This document shows positions 51,088 to 62,760 of a DNA stretch of 64,000 bases, piece after piece. The notes under the pieces are model-generated. The model did not search any database, was not told the origin of the DNA, and saw only the letters and a program-made list of their open reading frames with translations. Source of the DNA: Mobula hypostoma. Lineage: Eukaryota. The position numbers were made by a program, and so were the translations under genes. Position 1 is the first letter of the stretch; every line of letters starts with the position of its first letter. The stretch lies in the NCBI RefSeq assembly GCF_963921235.1, contig NC_086104.1, positions 126,914,001-126,978,000 on the forward strand. The letters are read 5' to 3'.

Positions 51088-51803
51088 TGTAGCCCCCGGT
51101 AAGCCTCAGACTCGCTCAACTCACTTCCGTCTAGGGGGAGCAGCCTTCGGCCCAGCCAATCTGGGTAATCAAGTTTGTGTGGATGCTGTGTGATGTACCC
51201 CACCCTGTCAAATTACAGACAATACATCATATGCGATTAAATGATTACACTTTATAGATCTTACTGGAACGATGTAATTAATAGAGATAAAACATAAAAG
51301 GAAAATAAAAAGCACCAATCTTATCAAAGTTCAACCATTTTGTGCACAACAGTTGGAGCTCAATTAATGGAGTCTTCTTTCCACCATTTGATCCTCTCCG
51401 ACCCCCTCGACCCACTGCCTGGGACCAACCATGGTGGTCGACGAGATACTCCACACGAGTCTGCCTTCGTCTCCTCTTCTTGCCGAAGACCCTGGGCCTC
51501 GGACTCCCGCTTGGGGTCGGTCCCACCACCCAGGGTCACAGCATCGCATCGCCTCTCTCTGTCCCCATCACGCCTTCTGTGCCAAAGCCCGTGAAACACA
51601 ATAGCTTACAGACACACAAGAAAGAATAACATCTATCCCAACTGGTTAGCAAATGAATACAATTCTCTTTATAACCCAAACAAGCTGCTAGAGAGAGAAC
51701 TTCCTCAGCAGTTATTATTACAGAAAAGCCATTTTAATTATAACATAACAAAGAAGCCATTTTGTTAGCCTTCGCAGTAACATAAAAGAAGAAACTCCTT
51801 ACA
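51088..51803. mobile_element. Solo LTR (716 bp) inserted in a CR1 tail
   Basis: TGTAG...TTACA termini; 4-bp TSD CAGA at 51084-51087 and 51804-51807; the host GGAAGCAGA|TACAAT resumes after it. Confidence 0.8.
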
Positions 51804-52040
51804 CAGATACAATCGAGACACTTTAAAAGGGTTTCAGATAGACACATGTCTGTTCAGGGAATGGCGAGATATCGATCATGTACAGACAGAAAAGATTTTG
51901 TTTAATATGACATGATGTTAGAAAGTCAGCAGCTTTAAATTCCTGTGTGTTAACATACCAGACAACCTGTTCTGGGCCCAACACATGCAGTGCTTATAAA
52001 GAGTATTCACCCCCCCCCCAGAAGTTTTCATGTTTTATTG

Positions 52041-52231
52041 CAGGGGTTGGCAACCTTTTTGCCTCTGTGAGCCGGATCGCGTATTAATGAGCAGACAGTG
52101 GGCAAGATAAATGCGATAAAAAACTTAAAATATGGGAATTATCCATTTAAATATATCTAGTTAAGTTTTGCCTCAAATTAATGAATAATGCATGCTAGAA
52201 AATCATTTGTGCTTAAGGTTGCCTACCCCTG
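52041..52231. mobile_element. hAT MITE inside the left Tc1 TIR
   Basis: TIRs CAGGGGTTGGCAACCTT / AAGGTTGCCTACCCCTG; 8-bp TSD TTTTATTG at 52033-52040 and 52232-52239. Confidence 0.9.
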
Positions 52232-52546
52232 TTTTATTGTTTTACAACATTGAAGCATATTGGCTTTGGCTTTTTTAACACTGGTCAACAGAAAAAGACT
52301 CGTTCGTATCAAAGTGAAAACATCTCTGCAAAGTGATCTAAATTAATTACAAATATAAAACACAAAATAATTAACTGCGTAAGTATTCACTCCCTTTAAT
52401 ATGACACACCGAATCATCACTGGTGCAGCCAATTGGTTTTAGAAGTCACATAATTAGTTAAATGGTGATCACCTGTAGCAGTCAAGGTGTTTCGATTGAT
52501 TGTAGTAAAAATACATCTGTATCTGGAAGGTCTGACTACTGGTCAG

Positions 52547-54478
52547 GGTTGGATGTTGTGAGTAGGAGAGTGGGAGTCGATTGTGGAGCTCACTGGAAAA
52601 TAGCAGAGAGAGAGAGCATCAAGGAAAGAGCCAAGCTGTTGAAGGAAGTTTTTGGCGAGAGTGGGAAGTGAACTAGAGATGGAGGTCGGCGGGAAAGAGG
52701 AAGAAAAGAAAGCAGAGGTACAGGATATCAAACTCTGAGGAATCAGCGGATGATCAAAACAGGACATCAAAACAATGGAAAGAAGATGAGATTACAGCAA
52801 TTATAAAACTAAGTGAAGATGGGGCGTTATTTGGTGATTGGAACCCGATTCGTTTGATAAAAATGCTCAACAAAATTATAGGCGAGATTAAAGGAGCAAA
52901 GATTTTACGAAATGGATTGCTATTAGTGATTTGTCGGGATAGTGCTCAGCAAGGCAAAGTGATAAGATGATGTAAAATAGACGGCAAAGAAGCACAATGC
53001 TCAATACCCAACAATAGAAAGTGGATTAGAGGAGTTATTTCAGGGATAGCAACAAAAGTTACTATGGATGAGATTAAACAGAACATAAAAGGAGCAAAAA
53101 TTATTGAGGCCAAACGTTTGAAAGTTGGGAAAAAGTGTGATAGTTTATCGGTAATGATTTACTTTGATGAAGAGAGATTGCCGACTAACGTTTACTTAGG
53201 GTATATGTGTTCTGCGGTTAGAATATATATACCGCCGTCTTTAAAATGCTATAAATGTCAGAAATTCGGGCACATTGCGGCGGTCTGCAGAGGAAAACAC
53301 AGGTGTGGGAGATGTGCGGAGAACATGAATATGGGAAATGTGAAGCGGGAGCTAGGCTGAAATGCTGCAATTGTGGCGAGGAACACAGCGCAGCCTATCG
53401 AGGGTGCATTTATAGCAAGAAGGTAGCTGAGACACAATATGTAAAAGTAACTCAAGGAATCAGTTATGCGGAGGCAGTAAAAGAAGTTGATGAAAAAAGG
53501 CTGTCAAGCAAACAGATACAGGGAATAATAAACTGGTGAATTGTGAGAGCTGTAATATGAAAAATAAGGATACACTGTTAATGAGTAGAAAGGATTTCGT
53601 GCTTTTTATGGTGGATGCAATTAATTGTTCAGTGCAAACAAACAAAAGAACTGAGAGAAATAAAATTATCATCAAGTCTGCAGAAAAGTATCTTGGTATT
53701 AAAGGGATTAGGTGGGAAGAAGTCAAAGAAATGCTGAATGGAGGATCCAACAGTTCACAGGCAGGGGAGATGGAATCTCAATGGCAGTATACTTATCGCA
53801 AATGGTCAAGAATTTCAGAAATGTTTCAGAACTTAAAGAAAATCCTCAGATTTTATGGTTGAAGCCCAGGGTAAATGTGTAGAACTCCAACAACAAATAG
53901 AAGTACCCGACAAGAACAACGGTGAGTTGGAAAGAGATCGGAAAATGGAGGAAATTATTACAAGAATACAAAAGGAAAAGGAATTTGTTGCAATGTGAAT
54001 TATCTACATTCAGATTATAAAATGAAAACATGGAAGCAAATGAAGAAGAACTCCAAGGTCTCAGTAAACAACTGCAGGCTACGATCCAAGAAAAGGCAAA
54101 CCTGAAAAAGCAGATAGACTTGGAAAAACAGCAATTTTAAAAGTATAATGTGCGATAATTACTATTCTTTAACAAGACGATTTTAGTCTTACAAGTGATG
54201 TAGATGAAATCAATGTAATTGAGGTAATGCAACTACACGAAAACGTGACAAAATGAGGGAAGAATGGCAGTTTGCAGCATTATCTAATGAGCACATTAAG
54301 CATTCACAAGGAACTGCAACTACAGAGTGATGCTAATAGAGAACTGCAGGCTGAACTGGATTGTCTAAAGTAGAGAACGCCAGGACATATTTGGTTGGAA
54401 CACCACAAGTCTGGCAGGTGGCGGTAATGCACTGAAAACTGGTTGCCAACCACCATAAAACAAACGAGAAGAAGAAGA
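52547..54478 (+). mobile_element. Internally deleted I/Nimb-clade LINE: ORF1 with zinc knuckles, 3' end with (GAA)n tail
   Basis: CYKCQKFGHIAAVC, CGRC..H..C, CCNCGEEHSAAYRGC and ISYAEAVK; 3' GGCGGTAATGCAC..GCCAACC..GAAGAAGAAG; degenerate ~20-bp target duplication GAAGGTC..ACT.CTGGT.AG. Confidence 0.8.
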
Positions 54479-56623
54479 AGGTCCAACTGCTGGTGAGTCA
54501 GTATCCTGTCAAAAACTACACCATGAAGACAAAAGAACACTCCAAGCAACTTTGGAAAAAAAATTGTTGAAAAGCACAAGTCAGGAGATAGATACAAGAA
54601 AAAAAATCCAAGTCACCGAATTCCCTTGGAGTACAATTAAGGCAGTCATCAAGAAATGGAAAGAATATGGCACGCCTGTAAATTGATATAGAGCAGGCTG
54701 TCCTCAAAAACTGAGTGACTGTGCATTAAGGGGACTACTGAGGGAGGCCACAAGAGACCTATGAAAACTTTGGAGGAGTTAAAAGTTTCAGTGGCTGAGA
54801 TGAGAGAGACTGTTGCCTGGGTGCTTCACCAGTTGCAGCTTTATGGGAGAGTGGCAAAGGGAAAACCACTGTTGGAAAAAAACTCAGAAATCTCAACTAG
54901 AGTTTGCCAGAGGCATGTGGGAGACTCTGAAGTCAGCTGGAAGAAAGTTCTATGATCATATGAAACCAAAACTGAGCTTTTTGGCCATCAAACTAAACGC
55001 TATGTTTGGTGTAAGCCATCATGAAAAGCACACAATCTCTACCTTGGTGGTGGCTGCATCATGCTGTGGGGATGATTCATTGCAGCAGGCCCTGGAAGGC
55101 TTGTGAAGGTAGAGGGTAAAATGAATGTAGCAAAATACAGGGGAATCCTGATGTAGTCTGCAAGAGAACTGCAACTTTGAAAAACAAGCCATTCTTGTTT
55201 TCCAGCAGGACAATGACCCCAAGCATAAAGACAAAGCTAGACAGGAATGGCTTAGAAGCAACAAAGTTAATGTCTGGAAGTGACCAAGTCAGAGTCCAGC
55301 CCTCAATCCAATTTGTGGCTGGACTTGAAAGTGGCTGCTCATTCACGATCCCTACACAATCTGACAGAGCTTGTGTAGTTTTGTAAAGAAGAATAGGGAA
55401 AAATTACAGTGTCCAAATGTGCAAAACTGGTAGAGACCTACCCACTCAGACTCAAGGCTGTAATTGCTGCCAAAGGTGCATCTACTAAATACTGACTTGA
55501 AGGGGGTGAGTAATTGTGCAATCAATTACTTTCTGTTTAATAACTGTAATAAATTTTGACCAGTTTGTAGACATTTGTTTTTATTTTGACATAGTCTTTT
55601 TCTGTTGATCAGTGTCAAAAGACTCATGTCAACTCCACTGTGATTCAATGTTATAAACATGAAAACTTCGAAGGGGTGAATACTTTTCAAAGGCACTGTA
55701 GATGCAACCACAAGGAGGTTTACCAGTGTCTTTACTTTCTTCGGAGGTTAGGAATGTTTGGCTTGTCACCAATCACTGACAAACTTCTACTGTTGGGAGT
55801 GTTATGTCTGGCTGCATTGTGCTCTGGAGCAGCAATTCAAATGTGCGAGCAGAAACTGCAGAGAGCCTTTGACTCTGCACTATACATGACAGGCACATCT
55901 CTCCCCACCATCAGCAGTAACTACAGGTTGCACCACCTCAAGCAGGCAACTTCCATTATCAAAGATTCCCACCAGCTTCCCACAGCTCCCATCGGGCAGA
56001 GGGTACTCAAGCCTGAAGTCCCCACCATCAGGTTGAGGAATAGCTACCTACCTTTAGCTATACGTGTGCAGAAAATGAGTGGAGATGGACATTGTGTAGG
56101 CACAAGGGATTAGTTTAGTTGGCCATTGATCACTAATTTATTGGGTTTGGCAGAACATTGTGGCTGAAGAGCCTGTTCCTGTTGCCGTGCTGTACTGTGT
56201 GTTCTATACAGTTTTTGAACCAACCAGCAAAACCCTAATCACTAGAGTTCAGCAACACTGATCACTTTGCACTAAAATAACTTTTGCTAATTATGTTCTG
56301 TCTTGAAAAAATTTGTGTAAGATTTAAATTTAATTTTTTTTGTTTCTCTTGTTAATATTGGGATGCTATGTGAATGTTGGGATGCTATGTGTCTGTGATG
56401 CTGCAGTAGGTAATTTTCTCATTACACTGTCCTCACCTGTCCTTGTGTATGACAATAAACTTGACTTTGATGTCTAACAGACATTGTAGGCTGAAGGGTC
56501 TACTTCTGTGCTTCTAATGAACTGAACAGCTTCATGAAGTTGCCAGGGTGGGTCTGATGGGTTATGGAGCCCATTCCTATAAGACGTTATACTCTGCTAC
56601 TTACTATAAATATGTTATTTCAG

Positions 56624-57535
56624 GTGATGAGACAGTGATGGTGATCATGAATCACCAGTGTAAATTGAAGAGGAGCAGAACGAAGATTCTCAGCTACTTC
56701 CAGACTGTACAGGGTGGACCAAAGGAAAGGAATTGTCCCCTCCCCACAGCCATGAACTCGCAAGTCACACAGGACACCCTGAAGACAGCTGAAGCTCATA
56801 AGACAGTTATTAAAATTAAGCGCAAAAAGACCAGGAGGGAGCTGAATCGTGCAAAGTTCGGCAAAGCGGTTGTTGAAAAGCTGTTTAAATGCAAAGCAGG
56901 CCGCCCATTTCAGGACATGCCTCCAGCTGAGAAGTGTCACTGTCAATGTGTCGTCAGCTCTTGGGCAGCTGAGACCTCCATTGCTAAACCATCTCCAAAC
57001 CCCAGCTGGATTATTACACAAGGCAGACTCACCCATCACCTGGGGATATTCAATAAGGAGGTCAAATCTATCAATGTTGAGAGGCTTTTGGATGGGGAGC
57101 AGACAAAAGACTGTTGTCCAGCCATCACCAAGGAGTCTACCACTGCTAAATTGGCAGAGGAGGCAATGGAGGTCACGAGCTGTACCCCAGTTCCAAAAGA
57201 GGCAGCAGTTCCTGTCCAGCAACCACACTCCTTAACACCCAAACTACAGCCCAACGTGGAGGATGCTCACATCACCTTGGCTTCTCCCACCCAGGCCACA
57301 GAGAGCAAATCCCAATGTCACCATGACGTCAAAGAGTGTGTAGTCCCCACCACTGAACTAGCTGAGAAGCTCATCAAAACCTTAAATACCCACCAGGTGT
57401 TTCCAGGAGAAAACCTGGTGCACAGCATGCAACAAGAGCTCCTGAATATTCTGATAGAACGGCATGGAAAGGAGGCAGGTCTCTGGCTCCCAGCGCTCTC
57501 AACAAAGCAAGAATCAGGTGCTTCTCCCCCCACAG
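56624..57535 (+). CDS. PRR19: Proline-rich protein 19, main coding exon (start ATG at 56638, 56647 or 56752); downstream exon not identified
   Basis: KIKRKKTRRELNR, IITQGRLTHHLGIFNKEVKSINVERLL and VFPGENLV..ERHG match remembered human PRR19 blocks ([46 protein letters not shown]..CHG). Acceptor tttcag|56624, donor 57535|gtgaga; head-to-head with PAFAH1B3 as in human. Confidence 0.88.
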
Positions 57536-59894
57536 GTGAGAGAATCGGCAGAGGAGTGGATGAGGGGAATGTAAATAGATAAATGGCAGAAGGAAATGTG
57601 TGACTCTACTTACTACCCACTGTCCCTCAGTCGGTCTTCCTGGTGGCAGTTCCCAAGCACGGAATGAGGATAAGTAAGTATCTGAGAAAACAGTAAAGAG
57701 CAGTGGAAGCTTTCCAAAGTGGGAGCACCTGGGGCAAACCCAATCTGGTTCCATAAATGCAGCTCAGGAACTGGAAAAATGGGAATGAGGGATGAATAAG
57801 AAAATCTCCAGGGGTCTAGTGGTAGATGTCTTTGTAAATGCAGAGGAGTAAGTTAATGTCATGGAGGAAGGGAAATAATGGAATGGGTGATTGCATAAGT
57901 TGGTATAGGTCAAGGGGTGGATGGGATGCATCCAAGATTCTTGGAGTGTCCGCATGTTCTAGCAAGGTCTTTTCAGTCCCACTTGGATGTGGGAGCAAAG
58001 AATGTTCCTCTAACTGGTGAGGGAACTGATGGACCTGATGTCCTGACATGGGACTTAATGCATTTGACAGCCAGCGTGAAGTAATTTGGGGATAATTACT
58101 TCGAAGTCATAATAGCAACACATACAAAATGCTGGAGATTTTCAGCAGGTCAGGCAGCATCTATCGAAATGGAAGTGAATCAACAGTCGACATTTCAGGC
58201 AGAGATTTATTATTGAAGTATATACATATCATCTTGTACAACACGGAGATTCATTTTCTTATGGGCATTCACAGTAAGTACAAAAAAACACAATAGAATC
58301 AATGAAAGACAACACACAACAGGACAAACAACCAATGTGCAAAAGACAACAGACTGTGCAAATACAAAAGAAAGAACAAAAAGGTAATAATTTTAATAAT
58401 AAGCAATAAATATTGAGAACATGAGATGATAAGGCCTCAAGTGTGAGTCCATTGGCGTAGGACATTTCAATGCTGGGGCAAGTGAAGCTGAGTGAAGTTT
58501 TCCCCTTTGGTTAAAGGGCCTGATGGTTGAGGGGTAATAACTGTTCCTGAACCTGGTGATGTGAGTCCTGGGGTTCCTGTACCATACTGCTGATGGCAAC
58601 AGTAAGAAGAGAGCATGGCTTGGTTGGTGAGAGTCCTTGATGATGGATGATGCTTTCCTGCAACTTTGCTCCATGTAGATGTGCTCAGTGGTGGGGAGGG
58701 TTTTACCTGTGATGGTCTGGGCTGTATCCACTATGTTTTGTAGGCTTTTTTTTGTTTAAGGGCATTGGTGTTCCCATACCAGGCCATGATGCATCCCCTT
58801 TCCCCTACCTGGTTGTCACCCAGTCTCCTGTGTCCTATATCTTGGGTGTAGCTACCTCTCTATATGACCTATATATCAACCCTTCAGCCTCCAGAATGAT
58901 CTGGAGTTCATCCAGTTCCATCTCCAACTCCTAAATACAGAATGTTAGAAGCTGCAGCTAGATGCACTTCTTACAGTTGTAAGTGTCAGGGACACTGGAG
59001 GTCTCCCTGCTTTCCCAGATTGTGGAACAGGAGCCTGCCTGGCATCTCTGCTGTTCTAATTGCTCAAATGTAAAGGGGGGAGGGGAATCTCTACCTGCAG
59101 TTTCTTTTTGCCTTCTCTGACTGAAGCCTTGAACAGCTGAAGCTTCAAAATCTCCACGCTGTCCGCTCCACTTGCCCTGCCTTGCTTTCATTTGTTCTTG
59201 CTAATCAATCCTAAATGCCGATTGATCGCTGGTCAACATCCAAAAAAACTGCCACAAGTTGCTGCTTTTTATACTCGGTCAGTGAACCTGAGTGAAATTC
59301 CGTCCTCTTAAGCATCTGGTCTCCTGAGTCACATTGATGTTGTATAAATGAGGTTCAAAAAGGATTTTGAATCATGTAACACACTAAAGACTGGCTCTAA
59401 AGGTAGAAGAAGAGTATTAAAGGGGTGTTTGCATTTCATTGGGTGTATGTGGATACATATGTCCTCAAGTGCTGTTAAGACCATTTGTGGCCCAAGCACT
59501 CAAGGACTCGCCAGGAATGAAGGAAAGATGTTGTGGACAGAAAAGTAGTTAGCATCTTCTGGATGGAGTACATATAAGAGCTGTTTGTGTGAGGCTCTGT
59601 CTTTGAAGCAAGAACCCTCAATGCCATTTTATAGCATGCCACAATCCTGACCTACCCTAGCTTGAAGACAGGTTTAAAAGAATTTTAAGAAAGCTACTGA
59701 TGTTAACAAGGATGCCTATCACACAGTATCTCAGTATTTTGCATATTCACAATAAGGCAGACCAATCAACTTAGCAGTATATGCAATTGTGATAGTGGAA
59801 ATATAGCTTGCAGGGTTCACCAAGGATGGAAAGTGAACATCCAGGGTATTCAATATTTGGTAAGGATGAGCAAAAAGGGAAAGGAGGTGAAAGC

Positions 59895-61530
59895 AACACA
59901 CTCAAAATGATGGAGGAACTCAGCAGGTCAGGCAGCATCTATGGAGATGAATAAACAGTCAACGTTTAAGCCCAAGATCCTTTGAGGACTGGAAAAGAAG
60001 GGGGAAGATGCCAGAATATGAAGGTGGGGGGAAGGGAAAGAGGACAAGTTAAAAAGTGACAGGTGAAGCTAGGTGGGTGGGGGAGGGGTGGATGAAGTAA
60101 GAGGCTGGGAGGTGATAGGTGGAAGAGGTAGAGGACTGGAGAAGGAAATCTGAGAAGAGAGGGAAGTGGATCAAGGGAGAAAGGGAAGGAGGAGGGGCAC
60201 TGGGGTGAGGTGATAGGCAGGTGAGAAGAAGAGTAAGATGCCAGAGACCAGAAGTTGGAGAAATCAATACACGTGCCATCAGGTTGGAGACTACCTAGAC
60301 AGAATGTGATGTGTTGCTCCTCCAGCCTGACAGTGGCCTCATTGTGGCAGAAGAAGAGGCCGTGGACTGATGTCAGAACACAAATGGGAATAGGAATTGG
60401 AATGGTTCGCCACCGGGAGCTTCTGCTTTTTGCCAATGGAGCTGAGGTGCTCGATAAAGCAGTCCCCTAATCTATGTCAGGTCTTACCAGTGTAGAAGAC
60501 ACCACATTGGGAGCACTGGGTCTCAACAGATTTGCAGGTGAAGTGTTGTCTTACCTGGAAGGACTGTTTGAGGCTGTGAATGGAGATGAGGGAGGAGGTG
60601 AAAGGGCAGGTGTAGTACTTCTGCCACTTGCAGGAAGATTAGTGGGGAGGGACAAATAGACAAGGGAATCATGGCAAGTGTGATCCCTTCAGAAAGCAGA
60701 GACTGTGGAGTAGGTAAAGGTGTGTTTGGTGGTAGGGTGCGGTTGAAAATGGCAGAAGTTGCAGTGAATGGTATGTTGGATGCGGAGGCTCATGGGATGG
60801 TAGGCGAGGGCAAGAGGAACTCTATACCTGTTAAGGTGGTGGGAAGATGAAGTGAGTGTGGATGTCCAGGAAATGGAGGGGATGCAGTTGAGGGCAGCAT
60901 CAGTGGTGGAGGAAGGGAAACCCCCGTTCCTTAAAGAAGGATGACATCTCTGAAGTTCTGGAAAGGAAAACTTCATCCTGGCAACAGATGAGGCGGAGAC
61001 CAAAGAAATAAGAAAAAAGAATAGCATTTTACAGGAGACAGGGTGGGAAAAGGTATAGTCAAAATTGCCGTGGGAATTGGTAGGTTTATAAAAGATATCG
61101 GCAGACAGTTTGCCTGCAGTGATAGGTACAGAGAGATCAAGAAAGGGGAGAGAGGAGACAGAAATGGACCAAGTGAACTTAAGGGGCAGGGTGGAAGTTG
61201 GAGATAAAGTTGATGAAATTGACGAGCTCAGCATGAGTGTATGAAGCAGCACAATACAGTCATCAACGTAGCACAGAAAGAGTTGGAGAGTATTACCAGG
61301 GAAGGCTGGAACAGGGACTGTTCTATGTAGCCAACAAAAAGGCAGGCAGGTACCCATGGACACACCTGAGTTTGGAGAAAGTGGGAGAAGCAAAAAGAGA
61401 AATTGTTGAGGGTGAGGACCAATTCCACCAGATGGAGGAGGGTGTTGAGAATTGAAAGTGTTATGGAGATCAAGAGCATGTGAAGTATCATAGATGTAGG
61501 TAGGAAAGGACTGAACCAAGGGGGATAAAA
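59895..61530 (-). mobile_element. Degenerate Penelope-like element (RT, GIY-YIG end and terminal repeat)
   Basis: GVSMGT, YVDDC, LKFTWSIS..LPFLDLSV, FYKPTNSH..DY..SHP, LEEQH..F.LGSLQP.G motifs. Confidence 0.88.
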
Positions 61531-61999
61531 TGGAGTCAAGGTACACAAACACGAATTCACTGAAGCAGGAGCAGAAGGGCATGGTGAGGTATAAAAGAAA
61601 TAAACCCATTAGTGAAGAAGGGTAATCCTCTTTGGGAATACGTATGAAAAACTATTGGTGTAGGTTGTGCATAGAACCCCAAACTGCACGGTGCTAAGTG
61701 GGAAATGTGGAATGTACGCTGTAAGAATACAAGTGCATTTGTATTTAGATTGGGCAAAGCAAATTGGCCATAATGCCATAAAGGATGAGCTGGAATGTGT
61801 TCTTGGTGGTTTTTTGGACCAATATGTTGAGGAATCAGTTGAGCAAACCATTAGAGACTGGGTGAGGGGTAGTGAGCAAGGATTAATCAACAATCTGGTG
61901 GTGCAGGTCCTTGATGTTGGAAGCCACTTTCCTGAAACACCACTCTTTGAAGATGTCTTGGATACCACGGAGGCTGGTGCCCATGATGAAGGTGACTAA

Positions 62000-62760
62000 T
62001 TTTACAATGTCCTAAGCAGTAGCCTCCACACCTCCCCCGCCCCATATCAGATGGCAATATAGCCAGTCAGAATGCTCTCCACGGTACATCTGTAGAAGTT
62101 TTTAAGTGTTTTAGGTGACAAACCAAATCTCCTCAAACTCCTAATGAAATATAGCTGCTGTCTTGACTTCTTTACAGCTGCATCAAAATGTTGGGACCAG
62201 GATAGATCCTCAGAGATCTTGACACCCAAGAACTTGAAATTGCTCACTCTCTCCACTTCTGATCCCTCTGAGGATTGGTTTGTTTTCCCTCGACTTACCC
62301 TTTCTAAAGGCCACAATCAGCTCTTTGGATACACTGACGTTGAGTGCAAGGTTGTTGATGCGAAAATACTCAACTAGCTGGTATATCTCACTCCTGTACA
62401 CCCGCTCGTCTCCATCTGAGATTCTGTCAACAATGGTTGTATCATCAGCAAATTTATAGATGGCATTTGTGCTATGCCAAGCCACACAGTCATTGGTATT
62501 GATAGAGTAGAGCAGTGGACTAAGCACACATCCCTGAGGTGTGCCAGTGTTAACTATCAGTGAGGTGGAGATGTTACTACCAGTCAGCACAGACTGTGGT
62601 CTTCTGGTTAAGAAGTCATGGATCCAGTTACAAAGGAAGGTATAGAGGCCCAGGTTCTGTATCTTTACGATCAGAACTGTGGGAATGATGGTGTTAAACA
62701 CGGAGCTATAGTCAATGAACAGCATCCTGACATAGGTATTTGTATTGTCCAAGTGATACA
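62000..62760 (-). mobile_element. Rex1/L2-like LINE RT fragment
   Basis: [33 protein letters not shown]. Confidence 0.88.

Larger units (their letters stand above)
51988..55698 (+). mobile_element. Tc1/mariner transposon with a degenerate transposase (~54523-55500), carrying nested inserts
   Basis: TIRs CAGTGCTTATAAAGAGTATTCACCCC / GGGGTGAATACTTTTCAAAGGCACTG followed by TA; MKTKEHSKQL start and FQQDNDPKH motif. Confidence 0.9.

Noticed and set aside
56548-57582. Single-exon 344-aa gene as given in the ORF track
   Set aside because: It begins at a GTG upstream of a clear acceptor (56624) and runs past a donor (57535). It is better read as a spliced PRR19 exon.
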